Part shown: positions 58,854-64,000 of the stretch, in pieces
Numbering within the stretch: the first letter of the stretch is position 1
Layout: each line of letters begins with the position of its first letter
DNA from: Thermoanaerobaculia bacterium
Lineage (GTDB): Bacteria > Acidobacteriota > Thermoanaerobaculia > Multivoradales > Multivoraceae
Assembly (NCBI GenBank): GCA_022826745.1
Contig: JAJDUI010000006.1
Span: 71,015 to 135,014 of the forward strand
Direction: 5' to 3'
DNA: 64,000 bases
Notes under the pieces: model-generated
Seen by the model: the letters and a program-made list of their open reading frames with translations, nothing else
What the model was told of the DNA's origin: nothing
Databases searched by the model: none
Program-made: the position numbers and the translations under genes

Positions 58854-61506
58854 CGGTTCCTCCTTGCGCCGTGGCGTTCGGCTAGCCGCGGTTGCACTGC
58901 TCCTCGCAGGCTTCGCGGGGCCCGGTTCGCTGAGGGCCCAGCAGGTCGAGGACGGGGCGGCGCCGCATGCGGACGAGCGGGATGCCGCGGCAGAGGGCGG
59001 CCACGAGGATCAGGACGAAGGCGAGTCGGAGGAACCGGCCGCGCATGTCGACGAGGAGATCGTCGTCACCGGCAGCCGGGCGCGGGAGCGTTCGGTGACG
59101 AAGTCGATGGTGCCCGTCGACGTGATCTCCGCCGAGCACGTGGCGCATCAGGGAGAGACGAACCTCGACCAGCTTCTACGCACCGTGGTGCCGTCGCTGA
59201 ACATCAGCGCGATCAGCGGCGACGCGGCGACCATCGTGCGGCCGACGAACCTGCGCGGCCTGGCGCCGGACCACACGCTGGTACTGGTGAACGGCAAGCG
59301 GCGGCACCGCGGGGCCGTGATCCTGTGGTCGCGGATCGGCGTTTCCCACGGCGCCCAGGGGCCGGACCTCTCCGCGATTCCGGCCATCGCGCTTCGCCAG
59401 GTCGAGGTTCTGAGAGACGGCGCTTCGGCGCAGTACGGTTCGGACGCGATCGCGGGGATCATGAATTTCCTGCTCAGCGATGCGCGTTCCGGCGGTTCGT
59501 TCGAGGTGCTGACCGGCCTGTACGACGCGGGCGACGGCGAGTCCGTCACGGTGGCCGGCAACGTCGGCCTGCCCTGGGGAGAGACCGGCTTCGCGAACGT
59601 GAGCCTCGAGTACGGCGGTTCGAATCCGACCAACCGCTCCATGCAGCGAGCCGACGCTCTGGCCCTGGTCGCCGCGGGGAACACTCACGTGGCCGATCCT
59701 GCCCAGAGGTGGGGCAAGGCTGAGGTCGACGACGACGTGAAGCTCTGGATCAACTTCGGCCGGCCGCTGGGAAGCGGCGGCGCAACGCAGTTCTACGGCT
59801 GGGCGAACCACGCGGACCGCAACGTGACGGCGAGGAACTTCTTCTTCCGCAACCCGAACACCCGGGACGCGGTCTACAGCGGCGACGGCGGCGCGACGCT
59901 GCTGATCGGCGACGCCCTGGACGCGGCCGACGGGACGCCGGATGGCTCGGCCGGGTGCCCGGTCGTCGCGGTGACGGACGCGCTTCCGGACCAGGACGCG
60001 CTGGGACGCGTCTTCGACGATCCGAACTGCTTCAGCTTCCAGGAGCTCTTCCCGGGCGGTTTCCAGCCGGTGTTCGGCGGCGACCGCGTGGACTCGTCGC
60101 TGGTCCTCGGCGTTCGCGGGTTCACCGCCTCCGGGACCGGCTGGGACGTGAGCGTCAGCGCCGGCCGGAACGAGATCGACTTCCTGCTTTTCGACAGCGT
60201 GAACGCGTCGCTCGGGCCGCTCAGCCCGACCTCCTTCAAACCCGGCCTCTACGGTCAGCGGGACGTGAGCGCGAACCTCGATCTGCTGCGCCAGCTCGGC
60301 GAGCGGCTCCATCTGGCCGGCGGCCTGGAATGGCGCGAGGAGCGCTTCGAGATCGGCCTCGGCGACCCCGATTCCTGGCGGATCGGTCCCTATGCCCGGC
60401 AGGGATTCAGTTCCGGCTCGAACGGCTTCCCCGGCTTCAGCCCGGTCGCGGCGGGAGCCTGGACGCGTTCCAACGCGGCGGTCTACGGCGACCTGGAGTA
60501 CGGGCCGCCGGACGAATCCTGGAACCTGGGGCTCGCGGTGCGCCTGGAGGACTACGAGGACTTCGGCTCGACCCTCAACGGCAAGATCGCGGCCCGCCGT
60601 CAGGTCTCGAGGGCTCTCGCCCTGCGCGCGAGTGCGTCGACGGGCTTCCGGGCGCCGACACCCGGTCAGCAGAACGCCTTCAACGTCTCCACGCAGTGGG
60701 ACGCGGAGCGCTTCGAACTCGTCAACAACGGCACGATCCCGCCGGCCTCCAGGGTTGCCGCACTGCGCGGGGGCAAGGCCCTCGACGCGGAAAAGTCGGT
60801 CAACCTGGCCGCCGGCGCAATCTTCGAGCGCGGACCGTTGACGCTCACGGCGGACGTGTTCCGGGTCGACGTGAGCGATCGGCTGGGAGTCACCGGGCTG
60901 TTCGAACTCCAGCCCTTCGAGGTCGAGCAACTGCTCGCGGAAGGCATCACGAGCGCCGCCAATATCACGAACTTCCGCTTCTTCGCCAACGACTTCGAGA
61001 CCCGCACGGAAGGTGTGGATCTGGTCGTCACCTGGCGGCCGCCGCAGGCCGGAGGACGAACGACGCTCGACCTGGCCCTCAACGTGACCTCGACCGAAGT
61101 CGTGGACTTCAACCCGCTGACCCTGGACCAGCGGCGCATCCGCGAGCTGGAGGAGGCCCTGCCGGGAGTGCGCTGGAACGCGACGCTGCACCACGAACTC
61201 GGCCGTCACACGCAGGCCCGGCGGCCGGTCGAACTGCTCGCCCGGCTCGGCTACTACGACGGCTGGCACGACCCGTTCATCGCCCTCGACTTCGGCGGCG
61301 CGTACCTGCTGGACGTCGAGGTCGGCATCCCGTTGCCCGGCGGCGCCCGGCTGGCGATCGGCGCTCGCAACGCCCTGGGCGAGACCGGCGACGGCAATCC
61401 GACGCCGACGCTGCTGGGGAACCCGCACAGCACCCGCGCGCCATTCGACGTCAGCGGCGCGTACTACTACTCCAGGCTGCAGTACCGCTGGGGTAGGGGG
61501 AACTGA
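58843..61506 (+). CDS. TonB-dependent outer-membrane receptor.
   Basis: A signal peptide and the plug region EEIVVTGSRA...LRGLAPDHTLVLVNGKRR...ALRQVEVLRDGASAQYGSDAIAGIMNF are present, followed by a long beta-barrel. The C-terminus ...YRWGRGN is atypical. Confidence 0.8.
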   Translation: MDGDGSSLRRGVRLAAVALLLAGFAGPGSLRAQQVEDGAAPHADERDAAAEGGHEDQDEGESEEPAAHVDEEIVVTGSRARERSVTKSMVPVDVISAEHVAHQGETNLDQLLRTVVPSLNISAISGDAATIVRPTNLRGLAPDHTLVLVNGKRRHRGAVILWSRIGVSHGAQGPDLSAIPAIALRQVEVLRDGASAQYGSDAIAGIMNFLLSDARSGGSFEVLTGLYDAGDGESVTVAGNVGLPWGETGFANVSLEYGGSNPTNRSMQRADALALVAAGNTHVADPAQRWGKAEVDDDVKLWINFGRPLGSGGATQFYGWANHADRNVTARNFFFRNPNTRDAVYSGDGGATLLIGDALDAADGTPDGSAGCPVVAVTDALPDQDALGRVFDDPNCFSFQELFPGGFQPVFGGDRVDSSLVLGVRGFTASGTGWDVSVSAGRNEIDFLLFDSVNASLGPLSPTSFKPGLYGQRDVSANLDLLRQLGERLHLAGGLEWREERFEIGLGDPDSWRIGPYARQGFSSGSNGFPGFSPVAAGAWTRSNAAVYGDLEYGPPDESWNLGLAVRLEDYEDFGSTLNGKIAARRQVSRALALRASASTGFRAPTPGQQNAFNVSTQWDAERFELVNNGTIPPASRVAALRGGKALDAEKSVNLAAGAIFERGPLTLTADVFRVDVSDRLGVTGLFELQPFEVEQLLAEGITSAANITNFRFFANDFETRTEGVDLVVTWRPPQAGGRTTLDLALNVTSTEVVDFNPLTLDQRRIRELEEALPGVRWNATLHHELGRHTQARRPVELLARLGYYDGWHDPFIALDFGGAYLLDVEVGIPLPGGARLAIGARNALGETGDGNPTPTLLGNPHSTRAPFDVSGAYYYSRLQYRWGRGN

Positions 61507-61514
61507 GCCGCTCG

Positions 61515-61534
61515 CGCGTTCAGGCCTGAACGCG
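61515..61534 (+). terminator. Perfect 20-bp palindrome (cgcgttcagg/cctgaacgcg) between convergent genes. It may act as a bidirectional terminator hairpin, but there is no U-tract.
   Basis: It lies between the TonB-receptor stop and the convergent RND gene stop. Confidence 0.3.
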
Positions 61535-64000
61535 GGACCGCTGCATCGCCGGGGCGCCCTGCGGGAGGTGCATCCCAGCCTTCCGGGCCGCCTTCCTGCG
61601 GGCGCGCATCGCCCGCCGCCGTTCCCGGCCGCGCTCGACCAGCAGGTAGAGCGAGGGCACGAAGATCAGCGTGATCAGGGTCGAGGCGAGCAGGCCGCCG
61701 ACGACGACCCGCGCCAGGGGCGCCTGCAGTTCGGAGCCCTCGCCGAGTCCCAGCGTCAGCGGCAGCAGGCCGAGGGCGGTCGTCAGTGTCGTCATCAGGA
61801 TGGGCCGCAGGCGACGGCGTGATCCGCGGATCAGGGCCTCGTGCAGGGTGCAGCCGACGTCCCGGCGCATGCGGTTCACGTTGTCGACCAGGACGATCGC
61901 GTTGTTGACCACGATCCCGACGAGGACGACCAGGCCGAGGAAGGAGTTCATGTTCAGGGTCGTGCCGGTGACCGCCAGGGTCAGGAGCACGCCGAGGAGC
62001 GAGAACGGCACCGCGGTCATGATGACCAGGGGCTGGACCAGGGATTCGAACTGGACCGCCATCACCGTGTAGACGAGGAAGACCGCGAGCAGTACGCCGA
62101 TCAGAAGCTCCACGAAGACCTGGCGCTGCTCCTCCAGTTCGCCGCCCATCTCGACGGTGAAGCCGTAGGGCGTCTCGACTCGCGCCAGCGCGGCTTCGAC
62201 TTCGCTCGCCACGTCGCTGAACCGCCTGCCGTCGATGCCGGCGAAAACCTGCATGTAGCGCTCCTGGTTCTCGCGGTTGATCGACAGGGGGCCCTCGCCG
62301 GGATTGATGCTGGCGACCGAACCCAGAGGCACGATGTCGCCGCGCGGAGTGACGATGGGTAGTTGAGGCAACTGCTCGATGCGCAACCGGTCCTCCGGCT
62401 GGAGCTGGACGCGGATGTCGAACTCGTCGCCCTGGTCGCGGAACTTCGTGGCCACGCGCCCGAGGACGTAGTGCTCGACCGCGTCGGCGACCTGGCTGCC
62501 GTTGAGGCCGAGTTCGGCCAGACGGGCGCGATCGACCCGCAGGGTTCGTTCGAGCTGGCCGGACTCGCGGTCAATCCGGGGGTGGACGACTCCGGGGACC
62601 GCGGCCATCGCGTCGATCACCCGCCGGGCGAGCTCGTCGCCCTGGTCCAGGTCGTGGCCCCGGATCTCGACCACCAGCCGCGCGTCCTGTCCGCCCCGCA
62701 TCATGCGCATCATCATGTTGCTGGATGAGGCGTAGAGCTGGATCCGGGCCGCCGGCACATCGGCGATGGCATGGCGGATCGACGCCAGGATCTCCTCCTG
62801 GCCGCGACTCCGATCGGTCAGCGGTGTGAGCAGGACTTCCATCGTGCCCTGGTTTGACTGGGCGGGCCGCCACCAGCTCTCGGGCCCGGCGGTGGTGATC
62901 AGGCTGTCGAGCTCGCCGGGTCTGAGGGCGCCGCGAACCCGGGCTTCGATCTCCTGCATCGTTCCGGTCGTCGTGTCGAGCGGAGCGCCCACGGGCATCT
63001 CGACCTGCATGTTGAGCCGGCCCTCGTCACTCTCGGGCATCAGCTCGAGACCGATGACAGGCACCAGGGCGAAGGAACCGAGCAGGAGCACGACGGCCGT
63101 GGCCATCACGATTCCCGGCTTGCCGAGGGCCCACTCGATCATCCGGCCGTAGGCCATGTCGACCGGACCGAGCGCGGCGACACACTCGTCGGTCACCTGG
63201 CGGCTCTTCGGGACCTCCCGCAGCCAGCGGGCCGCGGCGGCCGGAATCAGCGTGAGGGCGACGAAGAGAGCGCAGAGCAGGGCGAAACTGACCGTGATCG
63301 CCAACTGGTTGAAGAAGATGCCGGCGAAACCGGAGATGAACACCACCGGCATGAAGACGGCCACGGTGGTCAGCGTGCCGGCGGCGATCGCCATCGCCAC
63401 CTCGTTGCTGCCGGCGATCGCCGCTGCGGTGGGGCGTTCTCCCTCGTGGAGCCGGCGGTAGATGCTCTCGAGCACCACGATCGAGCCGTCCACCAGCATG
63501 CCGACGCCGAGCGCGATGCCGGCGAGTGAGATCACGTTCAGCGTGAAGCCGTTGAAGTACATCAGGGCGAGCGTCGCCAGCACCGAGATCGGAATGGCGG
63601 CGCCGACGATCAGCGTCGCCCGCATGTCGCGGAGGAAGAACATCAGCACGAGCACCGCCAGCGCGGCGCCGAACAGGGCGCCCAGCTGGACGTTGTTCAC
63701 CGCCTGCCGGATGAACTCGGCGCCGTCCATGAGGATCGTGATCTCGGCGCGGCCGGCGTAGTCGCGGTTGATCGCGTCGATCTCGCGCTTCAGTCGATCC
63801 ACGACCTCGACCGTGTTCGAGCCGGACTGCTTCATCACGTACATCCGCATGCCTTCGGTGCCGTTGATCCACAGCTCGTTCGTCATTTCGCGGATGCCGT
63901 CATCGACTCGTCCGACGTCCCGAACCAGGATCGGCCGGCCGTCGCGGATGGCGACGATCGTGTTCTCGACGTCCACCTTGCGCTCGAACTCGCCGATCGC
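61520..64000 (-). CDS. RND efflux transporter, AcrB/HAE1 family, 5'-partial (the N-terminus lies beyond the window end).
   Basis: About 820 aa are visible and align to the C-terminal four-fifths of AcrB-like pumps, with multiple TM helices and porter-domain segments. The frame is open to the window edge. Confidence 0.85.
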   Translation of the reverse strand, partial: AIGEFERKVDVENTIVAIRDGRPILVRDVGRVDDGIREMTNELWINGTEGMRMYVMKQSGSNTVEVVDRLKREIDAINRDYAGRAEITILMDGAEFIRQAVNNVQLGALFGAALAVLVLMFFLRDMRATLIVGAAIPISVLATLALMYFNGFTLNVISLAGIALGVGMLVDGSIVVLESIYRRLHEGERPTAAAIAGSNEVAMAIAAGTLTTVAVFMPVVFISGFAGIFFNQLAITVSFALLCALFVALTLIPAAAARWLREVPKSRQVTDECVAALGPVDMAYGRMIEWALGKPGIVMATAVVLLLGSFALVPVIGLELMPESDEGRLNMQVEMPVGAPLDTTTGTMQEIEARVRGALRPGELDSLITTAGPESWWRPAQSNQGTMEVLLTPLTDRSRGQEEILASIRHAIADVPAARIQLYASSSNMMMRMMRGGQDARLVVEIRGHDLDQGDELARRVIDAMAAVPGVVHPRIDRESGQLERTLRVDRARLAELGLNGSQVADAVEHYVLGRVATKFRDQGDEFDIRVQLQPEDRLRIEQLPQLPIVTPRGDIVPLGSVASINPGEGPLSINRENQERYMQVFAGIDGRRFSDVASEVEAALARVETPYGFTVEMGGELEEQRQVFVELLIGVLLAVFLVYTVMAVQFESLVQPLVIMTAVPFSLLGVLLTLAVTGTTLNMNSFLGLVVLVGIVVNNAIVLVDNVNRMRRDVGCTLHEALIRGSRRRLRPILMTTLTTALGLLPLTLGLGEGSELQAPLARVVVGGLLASTLITLIFVPSLYLLVERGRERRRAMRARRKAARKAGMHLPQGAPAMQRSRVQA

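Noticed and set aside
40592-61496. More long overlapping-frame ORFs: 40592..43366(-) as a 924-aa protein, 41764..43368(+), 43359..44933(+), 45423..46751(+), 46915..48330(-), 53586..55058(-), 55523..58018(-), 59176..61428(-), 59955..61496(+).
   Set aside because: Spurious. Only the C-terminal roughly 157 codons of 40592..43366 look like a real 4-TM membrane protein, which I kept.
1-64000. CRISPR arrays, cas genes, integrases, transposases or prophage genes.
   Set aside because: No regularly spaced direct repeats were found, and no recognisable integrase or transposase proteins in any frame. The only repeats are the MITE-like pair, the toxin-antitoxin-flanking leader duplication and intragenic tandem repeats.

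Overview
This is a 64-kb window of about 70% GC bacterial DNA, apart from a roughly 55% GC segment at positions 1-960. It is gene-dense, with Sec, Tat and lipoprotein signals, a TolC-like outer-membrane factor and a TonB-dependent receptor, so the source is a Gram-negative, probably marine or soil, bacterium. Because of the GC content the six-frame track contains many long spurious antisense ORFs, which I ignored. I found no CRISPR array, integrase or transposase.

Main content, in order along the window:
- 2156-8655 (+): an HME-type RND heavy-metal efflux operon, comprising a missed small Cys/His/Met-rich secreted protein, an outer-membrane factor, a His-tailed membrane-fusion protein and a CusA/CzcA-type pump.
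- 8616-9245 (-): an SRAP/YedK-like peptidase, convergent with and overlapping the pump gene.
- 9347-13811: a serine hydrolase, a nucleoside hydrolase, and PQQ quinohemoprotein alcohol dehydrogenase number 1.
- 13909-14398 (-): a low-GC RelE/ParE toxin-antitoxin cassette flanked by an imperfect roughly 65-bp duplication of the downstream gene's leader.
- 14482-18654 (-): a tRNA-Thr(CGU)-proximal cluster of a DUF3604-like protein, a small ORF, a MaoC-like double-hotdog protein and a short esterase.
- 18818-21841 (+): an MFS transporter, a cytidylate-kinase-like protein and an MBL-fold hydrolase.
- 21880-29157 (-): a 1150-aa single-chain BC-BCCP-CT acyl-CoA carboxylase, co-directional with an SbcC/Rad50-like ATPase that carries a central transmembrane hairpin and an SbcD-like phosphoesterase.
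- 29204-30441 (-): a YHS-domain protein and a VapBC toxin-antitoxin pair.
- 30530-39922 (+): a CRTAC1-TPR-ExeM/NucH nuclease operon, an aldo/keto reductase, and a DUF1800/DUF1501 pair.
- 39930-50289 (-): a roughly 10-kb co-directional supra-operon. It holds a class II cytochrome c, two paralogous His-containing 4-TM proteins, a soluble PQQ glucose-dehydrogenase-like enzyme, PQQ quinohemoprotein alcohol dehydrogenase number 2, another small membrane protein and a tandem-duplicated HhH protein, preceded by DUF1330, DUF418, alpha/beta-hydrolase and unknown secreted genes.
- 50434-54977: GST, sulfotransferase, exonuclease III, GNAT and an SDR epimerase.
- 55239-57640 (+): a dihaem cytochrome c plus a fourth PQQ dehydrogenase with a D-x-D motif, which makes it an XoxF-like lanthanide candidate.
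- 57696-64000: an EF-hand-esterase fusion, a TonB-dependent receptor and a 5'-partial HAE1-type RND pump.

The most interesting candidates are the periplasmic PQQ oxidation module with a possible novel His-rich membrane partner, and a previously unannotated roughly 150-bp MITE-like inverted-repeat element present in two copies. The second copy shows that the track's start for the cytochrome c gene is an artefact. Also notable are the toxin-antitoxin cassette inserted with a duplicated leader, and the low-GC translationally coupled gene pair at the window start. My own in-line coordinates may be off by 1-2 nt; ORF boundaries follow the supplied track.
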